Origin: Octopus vulgaris
Taxonomy: Eukaryota
Length of the DNA: 64,000 bases
Assembly: GCA_951406725.2 (NCBI GenBank)
Contig: OX597821.1
Span: 27,466,001 to 27,530,000, forward strand
Direction of reading: 5' to 3'
Shown here: positions 13,822 through 27,211 of the stretch, piece after piece
How positions within the stretch are numbered: the first letter of the stretch is position 1
Layout: each line of letters opens with the position of its first letter
Program-made: the position numbers and the translations under genes
The notes under the pieces: model-generated
Database searches by the model: none
What the model was told of the DNA's origin: nothing
What the model saw: only the letters and a program-made list of their open reading frames with translations

Positions 13822-14271
13822 CATATATATATGATAATATATATATATATATATATATATATTAATACGAAAAACCCTCCAGGCTACATCCCGAAAGTTC
13901 ATTTATTTGCCGAATTTCTACAATGTTTACGGCGATTCGTTTTTATATCTTGAATTTTTATTTTTCATGCAATTTACGCATGCTTGCACGCGTGGTGAAC
14001 ACAGTCCACGCCAAACAGCTGACTGAGGAAAGTTCACTGTTCAATGCATGGGATAAGGCCTAAACAAACACATTATCGATTTTTGCACTTGCGAGATGAA
14101 TTTCGGAACAGAAATAGCGCAGTTCAATTTTCATTCCCCTAAACTTTAAGTGACCCATTTTTGGTGGTTCTACGATTTGTTGGCTAGGAGGAGATGTGCC
14201 GGGAAGTTAAACACACAAACACATACACAGATACACACACAGACACACAAGTTGAGTTTCATATATATAGA
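13375..14271 (-). mobile_element. Complete non-autonomous Helitron
   Basis: On the minus strand: 5' end TCTATATATATGAAAC at 14271; 3' end GCAACGCCGGACGATACTG-CTAG at 13375 (decayed GC-rich hairpin plus CTRR). Inserted between A and T with no TSD; internal microsatellites. Confidence 0.75.
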
Positions 14272-17200
14272 TGTCCTATTTCTGACAGTCACCGTCTCAC
14301 GGCAATCGTTTTGAGTTAGTGAAATAACAATTGGCGCGAATGTATTTGTCAAGGTCAAAATACTAAGACAGTAATTTCTTTCATGGGAATTTCATTAAGC
14401 GCCGGTGAACTGAATTAAAAAAGTGACAATTTAATGATTGCACTTCTTTCTTGGACATCGATTAGAGAAAAGGGCAGTATTTATAATTAATGAGAGGATG
14501 ACATTGAAATGCATCTGGTATTTCTGGAGAAATACTATCAGAATGTGGTTTTAACACGGATTCATATGCAAAGGAATGCATATAATTTCATCCAACTATT
14601 TGACTATGCTGCTTCCACCACGCTTCTCGTTCTAAACATTACGAAAAATATCGACCTGCCCTACATGTGGGTTTTTATTTTATTAGATGTTAAAGAATTG
14701 ATGTAATTACATTATGCAAGTTTTCACTTGAACCGAAAGAGCGAATAAAAAAATAATACGCAGAACTCATATTTAGATTTATTTTAATATATTAAATTGT
14801 TCAGTCATCTGTAAATTTGAATTCTATGGCAATAAATTTATTTTAATTAGAAAAGTAAATTGTGCAAATAAACAATTGGACGAATTGATAATTTAACGTC
14901 TTATGGCATTAATAAAATGTAAACATTAGTTGTAACTTTTTACAACAAATTTAAAACTTCATTATTGTGTAAACGTTTGTATTCAAATGTGGTATGGTAG
15001 GAGAGTGCCGAGATCCATAATAATTTAAAGCGGAATATGCAATGGACTAGAGCATTTAGAGCAAATAGAATTATGCAAATAACCGTTTTAAATATTCCTA
15101 TGAGTAATTACGTTCAGTGTATTGCTGTAATTGCTAAAGTCTAACATTTGCGGCAGGATTTTGAATCTGAAATGTTGTAAGGGGCTGTGAGTTGGATCAG
15201 TTGGTAGAATTCTTATGCAGAAGAAAGTTAGATGGTTAATTTTCACCAAGGAGAGATGAGCTTCAACACTGATCCTCCCTGTGTCAATGAAACTACTGGA
15301 TATGTTGTCTATATAAACAGACTGCCTGCTTGTTTCTCTATGGATAGTTGAGGGACCTAAACAACTCTCCATAGAATTCTATGTTGTTCGAAAATCGATT
15401 AAGGTTGTTCACATTTTAAATCCAAGGAGTAGAGAAACTGTTCAATTTTCCCCTTTTGCATATCTACAGCGTAGGTTTACACACACACACCCACATATAC
15501 ACACACTGATGCACACTTACACACGCACACATACCACACACAAACGCATCTATATACATTTCCAGATGTGTGTGTGTCTACATATCTGTATCTATCAATC
15601 TCTCTGTTTGTGCGTGTGTGCGTGTGTGTAGTCGACAAAACCAAAAGCAGACAAGCGCATGCGCAAAATTAAAGACATATAATGGGTACATTTACTCATC
15701 GTACGCTGTATATGTTGTTCTTAATCAATGATATCATTAAGAATGATTTCGATGTTTCAGCTAGTTAAGCCATCATCGGATTGCAGGCTAATGATGTCTT
15801 CACTGACCAAAACTTCGAAGTCACTGTCAATAATATTTTATATATATATATATAGTTACATACATATGGATAGTATTGTAGTTCGCTTACAGATGCCGGA
15901 ACACAGACAAGAGCATAACAGTCACAATTCAGGCCAACGAAAGAAATGTGGGTAATTTAAGAATTAAGGAAGCTATACCCATACAGAGACTAGGGCCCCA
16001 AATTACAGACAGGTTATTAATCAATATATTATTTAGTTACATCTGGATGCGTGTAGGTTCACTTTTCGATAACCTGCTCATGTATTGTTTATAACAAAAA
16101 GAGAGGAAAAAGTAGAAGGGAATAAAAGGAAGCTGCACGTATAACACATAACTTAGAAGCAGCGCTACAGATGTACCAGCACACACGAAATTGAAACATG
16201 GCCGACCTCGTACACTTCTCACCCGGAATTCTGGGAGGAGCTTCGAGAGGCCACTGCTGAGACGCTTTGAGAAAGAAAACAAACAGAAAAGACATTGGTA
16301 AACCGATTATAGCAGCGACTCCATGAATTCGTAGGTATATTTGAAGAAGGAATTTTTATTCCGAAATATCATATCTGACTATGGATGATGAAATTACAAC
16401 AGTTATTATAGTCCATTGTTTGTATTATAGACCATTGTTGTATCATTCAAAACATTTTATTCTTTATACATACATGCACACACGCACACACAATATGTAT
16501 ATAAATATGTACATATACACATACATATACACATGTATCTAAGTATCACTACAGCTGATATTTATTCGGGTTCATTCATAGGATTCAGATGAAGCAATAT
16601 AAATTTGAACTAAACGTAACGACAGTTTATGTGACATGACTTTCCAATAGTGCAAACATGCCGGAAGTTCTGATGTGGACAATTTAGTTTTGATTATTCT
16701 TGTACCTTATATTTTGTATGGAAGTCTTTCATGTTTTGGTAACTGGATCTAACCATTATAACATCATGTCAACCATAATTATATATTCTAGATAATAAAT
16801 TCGATAGATAAGAGCATTTAACTTGTAATAGTTACCGAAACCTTTTCTTCGATCTCACTGGAAATGAGTTCACGACACAAATGACCTCATGCGAAAGTGA
16901 TGCATTTAATTCTCTTGCGAAATGAAGGTCAATTATTTTCTCAACTAGAAGAGTGCTTAAATAATTTTCTCTTGGGCAACATTCCCGGTGCCTATGATAA
17001 ACAACGTTAGATTGTTATGCTTCTGAAACTTTAATATTACATTACCTGTATGTCTTCTAATATTATGAAGAATTTGATGTCTTGAATCGTATTATTAACA
17101 AGCCAATCCCTGCAAAGGTTATTATTGAAGCTTATGTAAAACCTTTGGTTTTTACTCTTGGAGGCAGGTGTAATAAGTTATGTGAAATAAAATTATAACA

Positions 17201-18251
17201 GCACAGAAAAACGATTAGCCTACAACCGACTGTGATTCCTCACCATGTACCAATAGCTGATATTCATCCAAGCAATTAATGCATGTGAATTTCATTTAAA
17301 AGGGGAAAAAAACCTTGCTCGTATAAATGCACATAACTGAACCCAGTATTCTGTTTTACTAACTTAGATACGGAGTTTTACATACATCTGTTATACAGAT
17401 GAAAATAATATCATAATTTTGGATATATAATCCGCTTAATAGTTTAAAAGCGAACGTGGCTGCCCTACCACTTATGTTTAAATAAATAAGAAAAAACATT
17501 AAATATCATCTTTAGTATATTCGCAATGTTTCCTGTTACTTGTATGGGCGTGAAAATTAGACATGTCGGCGCGCAATAGGTTATGCAATATCTAGAATTA
17601 CACAATCCATACATGAAATGCATTTGAAATGTATTTAGTCAAGTCACAGCCCTCGAAGCAAATATTTTCCTTTGAAAGGGTCCAGCTAATATACATGTCG
17701 ATGCAACAATACAGGATATGATATATATATCTATAAATATAGCTATAAATATATATATATATATGTCATTATAGATATAGGGTAAACATTATTAATTTAT
17801 AATTAATAAATTTCACCAAGTAGTTTCGGTATGGAAAGTAACCATATTCGGTAAAAACTTATACAAGAAGGTTTATATATAATTATAACAATGATTATTC
17901 TTATATATATATGTGTGTGTGTATGTGTATATATATACTCAGTTTCTTTGGAATTCGTTTGTATACCATATGCCATCTTCAGGTACTCTCATATTTTAGA
18001 CAAAATCTCTCTGGCATTTTTATATGCATTTATAATTTGCAGTTTCCATTTCAACCTTTCTTTTACTTTTATAAATGTCATACAATTTTCGATATGCTAT
18101 TTTGTATTTTGATTTACATACCTCACCATCTCAATTATTAATGTACTGCTAAAATACACTTAAACCTCTATAAGAGGAGAAACACAAACTGATACTAATT
18201 ACATGTCTATTAGCAGAACATACGAGTAAGAAGTCACATATTAAAGCCTCA

Positions 18252-18292
<41 letters not shown>

Positions 18293-18307
18293 GATAGATA
18301 GGTATAC

Positions 18308-18363
<56 letters not shown>

Positions 18364-18659
18364 AATATAAACACATCCAGGCAATTTTTTCTTTTATCTA
18401 AACAAAAATGCAAACGTATTGACGTACATCAATTTCGTGTGTCTGGAAGGTGTACGATACTTTAATAAGTAATATATTCTTTTTACTTCCGAGCTATATG
18501 AATCACTTGGTTTAGACACCGCACATTCTAATCTCAACGAATTCCAACCGAGTATATATAGGATTTTATTATCTAGAAGCCTCACTTTCGTTAATGGATG
18601 GCTTAATATCAATTAACACAATGCATTATAATGAATAAGTTTCATAGCATCTAAGATAT

Positions 18660-18840
18660 TGATGAATGATAATAATGATAATGATAATGATAATGTTATT
18701 GATGATGATGATGATGATGATGATAACAACTACAACAATAATAATAATAATAATAAAATAATAATAATAATATTGATGATGACGATGATGGTGATGATGA
18801 TGATGATGAGGATGTTTAAGCCTTGAGAAGCAATAATAAC
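18660..18840. repeat. Compound (GAT)n/(AAT)n trinucleotide repeat
   Basis: Directly visible. Confidence 0.9.
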
Positions 18841-19876
18841 ACAATATAGGCGTATGATGATACTGTCATGATAGCAGCGCACCCACTCGAAGAATACCTT
18901 AACTCTGTTCATTTGGGACATAACTTTATTCAGAAACACCTGTGAGAATATCGGAAACGTCGCTCTTGAATATTTAGGAGAAGGGAATTTTGTTGCTATC
19001 ATCATGGCATGACGAAATCTTAAAAAAATATTTTAATATATCATATAAATGTGATTTTTGACTGTGAATCCGAATTTGTTCATTTATTCCGGACAAAAAT
19101 TTACAGGTGTTCAAAGTTTGATAAATGTCAGTTAATCAGAAAACAGCGCATTCACTGACTCTTCCATCATCTATCATGCTAACGACAAAGATGCGGGGGC
19201 ACCGACATGTTAAAACATCAAACTAAAAATAGTAAAGAACGAAAAATCTTCAAGATTCGTGAGCAAATTAAATATTTAAACTCTACGAGCAAACTATCAG
19301 GAATTTCTAGAAATAATAGTGAAAATATTGCTTATTGCTTTAAACAGATTTTTATTAGTTTGAAAAGTCAAGACCGACATATTCCAATACATTCTAGGAT
19401 TTTATAAAATAAATTATCTTTCTCATATCTCCTTCTCCACATAACTTCACAAAGAGTCAACAATAGAACAATGTGTCTCACGATTTAAAGATGTCCAGGT
19501 ACTCTCAATTTGTTGGTTACATTCGATTTGGTCTTTATACGCCTTGGACGCGTGCGCAGCATCTTGGGTTACTATGGAAAAAGCGTTCTTCGCAAGCAGC
19601 AATTTCACGGTCATTTGTGAAATACTCGTTTCTGATTGGTTAAAATACACAAATTTTGCAAAGTTAAACGCTAAAAAATTGTTAATTATGAATTTATATG
19701 AAAAATGAATTTTGCATTTTCATATTTAGTATACAAAACTCAATTCATATACCGAATTTGAAAACAATTGGAACAAAATCGTAGACAGCGACGATGACTA
19801 CAAAGATCCATCTTTTCCGGCAATGATTCGGTCCAAATGCAGACTGACCTCAGTCATTACTCTAAAACGGCATTAG

Positions 19877-20472
19877 TACGAGAGGGAGTAAAAAAACTAT
19901 CCTCACTTTCGCCATAACATACCTTCATTAGTATAACACCACTTTCTGCGCATGCGTGCTTGTAGTTGGGACGATTGTGGTCACGTGTTCGAAGTTTGAA
20001 CCTGATTGCGTCATTTGTCTTTGGAGGTTTACAGTGTAAGCAATGCGCACCAAAAAAGAATAAATAGGAGTGATCCGATGTCTTTGGTTTAGAAGGTGTG
20101 CCAGGAGCTGAAATTTGTCGGATGTTTTTAGCGTAATATGAGGATAGTGTAGCAGTGACTATGGGTGGATGGAGAAATTTAAAAGAGACTGGACAAATGT
20201 GACGCATGAAAGGGGACCAGGACGTCCCTCAATCTCCACCACCATTACCATCTCTCATATCACTGCTCCTTCTTCTGCTATGGTGCTCATTGCCAGTGGA
20301 GTAGCCGTGCTTACACTGTAAAGCTAGTAAGTGAAATGACGCGATCAGGCTCAAACTTCGAGCCTGTGACCACAATAGTACCAACTATAAGCCCGCATGC
20401 GCAGAAGGCAATTTCACAGTAATAAAGGCATGTTATGACGAAAGTGCGGATAATATTTCACTCGCCCTCGTA
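19877..20472 (+). mobile_element. Mariner-derived MITE with ~140-bp inverted termini
   Basis: TA-CGAGAGGGAGT...ACTCGCCCTCG-TA; 19877-20017 is an inverted match to 20334-20472. Internal ~20160-20245 translates YGWMEKFKRDWTNVTHERGPGRPSISTT (mariner HTH/GRP segment). Confidence 0.85.
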
Positions 20473-20487
20473 CATAATAGAGAAATT

Positions 20488-23011
20488 AGAAGGAAATGGA
20501 TACGTGAAGAGAACAAAGCTGTGATGCAATGCTATTTGGAAAGTGAACTCAAAGTAAGACTTAACAGAAAACCTATGTTGACACTTTCATTAATGAAATG
20601 TATGTTTGATGTAACAGTGCCGAGGCTAACGGATCTAGCTAATGCTATTAGGAGAAATAAGAGGATGACAGAATTGGAGGAAGAAGATATCCCAAGTCAT
20701 CTAGAAAAAAAGACCATTAAGAAGTACAGTCAATCAACATAAACGAGGATGACGCAAAATGCATGGGAGATATTGCACACGCCAAGAAAAAGCTATCAAG
20801 GAAAACATAGTAACACCGTTAATCAACAAAGGGATAACACCAGCGACTTAAACGAGGTCGATCGGAATGGACTAGATGTGTTCACATAAGTATTCAGTAA
20901 AGTAGAAAGAAATGGATTAACAACATTAATAGATATTAAAAGAAGGAATTTGCTAGATATTACTAGGAAAGTAGATTCCATTATCAGTAGGACAGATACT
21001 AAAACTATATGTGACTGAATTATTGCTTTATGCTGGAGGGCTAATAGTTTCTAGCAGACTAGGTACTTTTCAAGGTAAAAATATAAAGGATGATATGTGG
21101 GAAAAGAGGTACGAATATAAACTGAAGATTAAAAGCACAAAGTAGAGTAGAATAAAACCCTGCACACAGAATATGTTAAGAAAAACAAGATTTGAATATT
21201 CGCTTCAGAAAAAAATAGTTAGTCAAAGTGGAGCGATTTTGAATATTCCCGATAGAGCTGAAACATCTTAGAATAGCAACAGAAGATAAGATTTCCAGAT
21301 ATTAGAGAAGAAGAGATCAGTATCAACAGAACAGATTTTTTGAAACATACCAGAGGAGATTTTTTTCGTGAAATAGTGTAGGAGAAACTACTGGAGATGA
21401 GATGCTTAATGCAGAAAAGAGTATACATTTCTAGAGTGATATTTGGGATAAGCCAGTTAATCAGAATGGCGGTGCAGTATGGTTAAAGAAAGTGAGAGAA
21501 GGACTAATTAGTGAGAAGCAGCCAAATCTAAACTTAAACTTGTATAAATCGTTAGGAAAAATGTCGAATGAAAATGCCTTAGGATCATACTAAGTTCAAG
21601 TATTCTCGAATTTACTTGATAGTCAGAATTTATTGCCAGAATGTTGGAATAAGAAAGTTAGAGGGGCGGATAAGCTACTATACATAGACAAAACAGTTTT
21701 AAAGGAAGTGCAATCTAGAAAGGAAAAATTAACAGTAACATAGGTAAATTATAGGAAAGCGCATGCCAGGTTCTACATTCAATGGTTATTAAATTATTGC
21801 TTATATTCAGTATTGCAGACAACAAAAGAGAGTTGATTAAATTTAGCATGATGAAATAGAAAACAGATACTTACTCAAGTGATACTGCTGTGGGGAAAGT
21901 TAATATGAAGAGAAGGATTTTCAAGGAGAATTCGTTATCCCCTTTAATATTGGTGTTATGTTTAATCCTTCCCCCCGTTTCCTATTAAGAAGGTAGGGTA
22001 GCAGTTGAGAGATAGTAAAGACAAATTAATAATTTACTCTACTTTGGTGATCTGAAACCTTTTTAGTAAGAATAATGATAGATTCTTTAATGCTAAGTGT
22101 AAAACACTTCAGCAAAGCTATAGGTATGGAATTTCACATAGATAAGTGCACAATATTATTCATAAAAGAGGGCTAAGTAGTTAGCAGTGAATTCATTCAA
22201 TCACCAAATGACATTGAAATCACGGAGGGAAGAGAGTCATAAGTGGCTAGGAGTATTAGAATCTAATAGAGCACTAATTATAGAAATGAAAAAGAATATC
22301 ATGAAGGAACACATCAGAAGTGTGAGGAAGTTAATGAAGTCAAACCTAAATGGTCGGAATCTAATGAAGTCTGTAAATACTGCAACACTATCGCAACTTC
22401 GATATTCAGCAAATTTTTAGATTGGAAAAAATCAGAATTAGCATATCTAGAGAGAAGAATTAAGAAGAAATTGAATAGGAATGAAGTCCTTTATCCTACA
22501 GCAGGAGTACGAAGATTACAGTTACCTAGAAAGGAAGGTGAGAGTGGTTTAATAACAGTAGAAGAATATGTGGATTTAGAAAGTGTAGATATTGCCTGCT
22601 ATGGAGGTAATAATAAGGAAATTTTATTGAGCTGCTAGAGTAACAATAAGAGATAGGGTGTCCAAAATGCCATATATAGTTAGAAACCAGAAAACGAAGC
22701 AATGTTATCTGAAAACAGTATTATTAGGGCTAGCTAGAATATTTAGGAAGGTTACTTGTATAGCACGATAGCAGGACTTTTTTTCCAACATTCTAATCTG
22801 TTGTGCGTATATGAATTAAAAATTATAAAGTTGCTATATGTGCCTTAGGTGCAAACCTAACGATTCCTTAACGAGATCTGCATCAGCTCAAAAATCCGGT
22901 CTATTGGGAACGGCAATTATTGTAAGAAATGAGCTCGATATCCGAGGAAACTAGTTGTGACAGTAGTGTGAAGGACACAAACTCCGAATGTAAGACATTC
23001 GTGAGCTCTAT
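20488..23011 (+). mobile_element. Highly degenerate R4/Dong-like RLE LINE, internally deleted
   Basis: N-terminal RRKWIREENKAVMQCYLESE...RLTDLANAIRRNK; RT relics near 21910-22060 (SLSPLILVLC, INNLLYFGDLK); GRNLMKSVNT; C-terminal ALG...QKSGLLGTAII; ends in (AAT)n. Confidence 0.8.
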
Positions 23012-23021
23012 TAATAATAAT

Positions 23022-23095
<74 letters not shown>

Positions 23096-23115
23096 TAATA
23101 ATAATAATAATAATA
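23012..23115. repeat. (AAT)n tract (LINE tail and target site)
   Basis: Directly visible. Confidence 0.95.
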
Positions 23116-24009
23116 CTTCAGAAGGAAGGAAAACTGATCCAGATAGCAGCAAAACACGAGCAAAACAAAAAACAGTTCTCAGTATTTAAGGAAGCTGACA
23201 AATACAAACAAGAAAAATCCCAGCAATGGTTGAAAAGCTCAGGACTCAAAGCAGAAACAGAGGGATTTTTAATTGCAGCACAAGACCAAAGCCTCCCCAC
23301 CAGAAATTACCAAAGACATGTAATGAAAAGAAATATTACAAGTAACTGCAGAATATGTGGAGATGGACAAGAAACAATAAATCATATTATCTCTAGCTGC
23401 CCAGTCCTGGCTAAGAAGGAATATATTCACAGACATGACAGAGTTGGAACCTACATACATTGGAAGCTATGACAACATTATGGAATAACAACAGAAAAAA
23501 GATGGTATAGGCACACACCAGAAAAGGTCACAGAAAACGAGAAAGCAACCATACTCTGGGATATGCCGATACACACAGATAGAGAAATTAAGGCCAACAG
23601 ACCAGATATAGTTGTCAGAGATCATGAAGAAAAAAATGCTTTCTAATTGATGTATTAATACCGGCAGATGACAACGTGTCTCTAAAAGAAATGGAGAAAC
23701 TCTCAAAATACAAAGACCTGGAAATAGAGGTAACTAGAATGTGGAACCTGAAAACAGAAACAATTCCTATCATAGTAGGTGCATTAGGCATGATAAAAAA
23801 ATATTCAGACAAATACATAACAAAAACACCAGGACTTACAAACACATATAACATACAGAAAATTGCACTACTAGGCACTGCACACATCCTACGCAGAACA
23901 CTTTCCATACAATAACCATCAGAGCATCACAAAAAATCACAGCACATACCCAAGGCACACAGAGCTGCGCTCGGTAGTGAAGTGAAAGAACGCTATAAAA
24001 ATAAAACTA

Positions 24010-24013
<4 letters not shown>
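23116..24013 (+). mobile_element. Young 5'-truncated R4/Dong-like LINE (zinc knuckle plus RLE endonuclease)
   Basis: WLKSSGLKAETEGFLIAAQDQSL, CRICG...ETINHIISSC (CCHC), RHDRV, ANRPDIVV, KLSKYKDL, IPIIVGALG, QKIALLGTAHILRR. About one stop and one frameshift; 3' UTR then (AAT)n at 24014-24066. Confidence 0.93.
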
Positions 24014-24044
<31 letters not shown>

Positions 24045-24792
24045 TAATAATAATAATAATAATAACAACGAGGTTTTTACAATTATAATTTCTATACAGA
24101 ATTATAGTAGTAATGTGAGTTGGACGCCCACTGTATATTATCCAAATTTCAAATATTGGGAAACTGAGGTGTGGCCTCTGGCAGTAGCACCTTTCATTGT
24201 GTAGAAAAGTATAATTCTATGCTGTAACTAATTTCATTTGACACCCCAAGATATCTAACATTCATAACCTCAATAAAAACACATTTCGACGTGAAGCACT
24301 ATTACAACAAACTCCTGTATGTGGCAACTAATTGCAAGTAATAAAAACAGAACGAAAAAACAACTGATGCAGTGGAATCAGAGAAATCATGAAACGCCGA
24401 CACTGGCTGATATTGCTCACAAACCTGTTCAGAAAATGGAATTTCTCTATATCATCCGACTATAATATACCTTCAAAATTATAAGGAAAGTTATCTCAAT
24501 GCAAATATATGTCCATAGACTAAACTTTGGAGTTGGTTATTGAAAGTAATAATCGTTTGGAAACAAATTAGTTTTTCAATAATTTAAAATTCTGTTCTGT
24601 AAAGTAATACTTTATTTCATATGCTCTTCTTTATTGTCATCTAAAATATGAAAGTGGCTAAATATGTTCAAACTGGTGATAGTGTCAAATCAACAAAGCT
24701 AATAAGTATTACACTGATCATGTATTTTGTTGCATGAAGGAGGGTTATAGTAGAAAATATTGACAGTATTGTAACGATCGGGAGAAAATATT

Positions 24793-25240
24793 GGGATCTT
24801 TTCGGTTTGAACGGCAGTTTTTAACATAATTTCTAGGTATCTAAAACATTTTAAACCTAGTATACTGGTAGAATGTGTTTATAAAACATCTTTTTCTCTT
24901 GGCTTTATTGAGAAAATTCTATAGTTTGTAAGATATTTCTTGTTTTTTTTCCTCAATTTCTGCAATTTCAACCAATCAAATACATCTATTGAGGTAATAA
25001 ATTCTATGCCGTATGAATATGTCCCTCGTTTAAGGAACAGATTGGGTTTATTTACATTTGTGAAGAAACAAAGATACCCTTCTCCCTAACCCTAATCCTA
25101 ACTCTAACTAACCCTAACCCTTACTAACCCTAACCCTAAAACAGATTGAAATACAATAGATCAATACTAGAGTATTAATTATGGGTGACAATTTCATATG
25201 ACACCGCTAGAAAAACTGCCGTTCAAACCGAAAAGATCGC
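24793..25240. mobile_element. MITE with 30-bp TIRs, 6-bp TSD and internal telomere-like repeats
   Basis: TIR GGGATCTTTTCGGTTTGAACGGCAGTTTTT matches the right end at 29/30. AATATT flanks both sides (24787-24792, 25241-25246). Degenerate (CCCTAA)n at 25084-25139. Confidence 0.88.
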
Positions 25241-26012
25241 AATATTGTAACGACCGTGAGACCGGCTGTCTTTTCGTCAGAAATAATTGCAACACACTTT
25301 CATGGAAATTCATGACGATTTCACACAACTATTGCATAACGTAGAAATATTTGCACATGATTTATTACATGAGAGGATAAATCCCTTTAAGTTTGTCTTT
25401 CCGTATCCCTAGGTCAATAATTATTGAAAGTTTTGTTATCAACGTAGTGGGAGTATTTATATACAGAACGTCAACGATTTTGAATCGTATCAGATACTTA
25501 TACTGCTTTACTACATACTTGAAGCATTGTAAAATATACTGTATATTTTATGTCATCAATTGCTTGAAATAAATTCTTCCATTCAAATAAAATTCTGAAT
25601 ATCTTCGATTTTAAGAATTACCTGTAATAATTTTAGTCAGGTTCAATCCTACACAAATACTTATTTAATCTTAAGAAAAAGAAATCTTTTCTATTTAACC
25701 TCGCTCACATTTGTTGTCCATATCATTATTTTATTATTGACTTTTTCTTACATGTTTCCTGATATCTTTCATTTGTTCTTATAACTAAGAAAAATGTCGC
25801 GGCATATTTCATTAATTGAATTCTTTGACAACAATTACATTCTATAATCCACCTAACCATATAGGAAATTTTGTTGATTTAACTTCTATCAATAGAAACC
25901 TAATTCTGTATTCTTATATGAAATGTGAATCACGTAATGGTACATAAGTTGACTGAGAGCAATTTAAGAATAAACAATAGCAAAGATATTTCAATAATGG
26001 CGCGTATGTGAA

Positions 26013-26060
<48 letters not shown>

Positions 26061-26066
26061 CATATT

Positions 26067-26105
<39 letters not shown>

Positions 26106-27070
26106 ATACACACACATGTACATACTTAAGTTCTTATATATATATATATATATATATGTGTATACATATGCATACATACATATAAGGGTGTGTGAGTGTG
26201 AGCGCGCGAGTGTGTGTACGCAACACTGGCTTACAATCTTGTAGTTCCTTTGTAAAAAAAAAAACAAGTTCATTTTAGTGGAAATATTTAATGATTATAA
26301 AAGAAAATTTATGGCTCGGAGAGATGAGCTAATAGATAATGTAAAGTATAAAGAAGGAAAGACAGGAAAGTTAAATAGAGTTAACATTAACATATTCTCA
26401 TCGTTTGCATATTCAATAAATCAATGAATCATCTTGCGTTTGTTTTAAGAAAATAATTTTGTTATTCTAGACAATAAGTATATATAATGCCCGTAGACTT
26501 ATGACGAGAATTCATAAGCATTGTATATATATTTTTCTAAACTGATCACTGTTTTCTGCTATTATATATTTATCCATACGAAAGAAAAGAAAACAAAGTC
26601 ATATGAAAATGCTTCAAAATAATTTTTGTGAGTGAGAGACTGAATAATATAATGGTAAATTTAGCGCGTGGATATAACCAAAAGATATTCATATTTCAAA
26701 GGGAGCTGCTATTGACATCGGTGATCAATTGCCACTATGTTCTATTTATTTAAAGGCGGGAAAACAAGTTACTGCGTAAAATAACATATAAGCGAGTGTC
26801 TCGGAATATTTCGATCGCTATTCAATGTAAATTTTAATTAAAATTTTGAATTTGGTATGCACAGAATGTAAATATATACTCTTATCTCTTAGTCACGTAG
26901 TATTGCTTTTGAATACATGCGTATTGTAGTATGGTATTTGCCAAGTAAAATAATAATTTCGGACAGTGGAATCATACTCACAGAGAAGTTATAATTTCCT
27001 ACATTTAAAGAATACATTCTCCGAAAGTAGTTTAGACTTACAAATTTCTTCTCTCTCTCTCTCTCCCTCC

Positions 27071-27122
<52 letters not shown>

Positions 27123-27211
27123 GCACACATATATATATTTATGTATATATATATATATATATATGTATATGAATATGCATATATGGTACTTTTTGTATTA
27201 TTTTCTCAGTA

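Noticed and set aside
15088-15450. Possible LINE endonuclease or exon fragment
   Set aside because: No diagnostic motif could be read with confidence.
16700-17340. Possible decayed GPCR-like coding sequence on the minus strand
   Set aside because: Only a weak impression (SPFKMKF-like patch, hydrophobic stretches) with stops in all frames; it needs a translated search.
25084-25139. Telomere or chromosome-fusion scar
   Set aside because: The tract is short, degenerate and enclosed within MITE TIRs.
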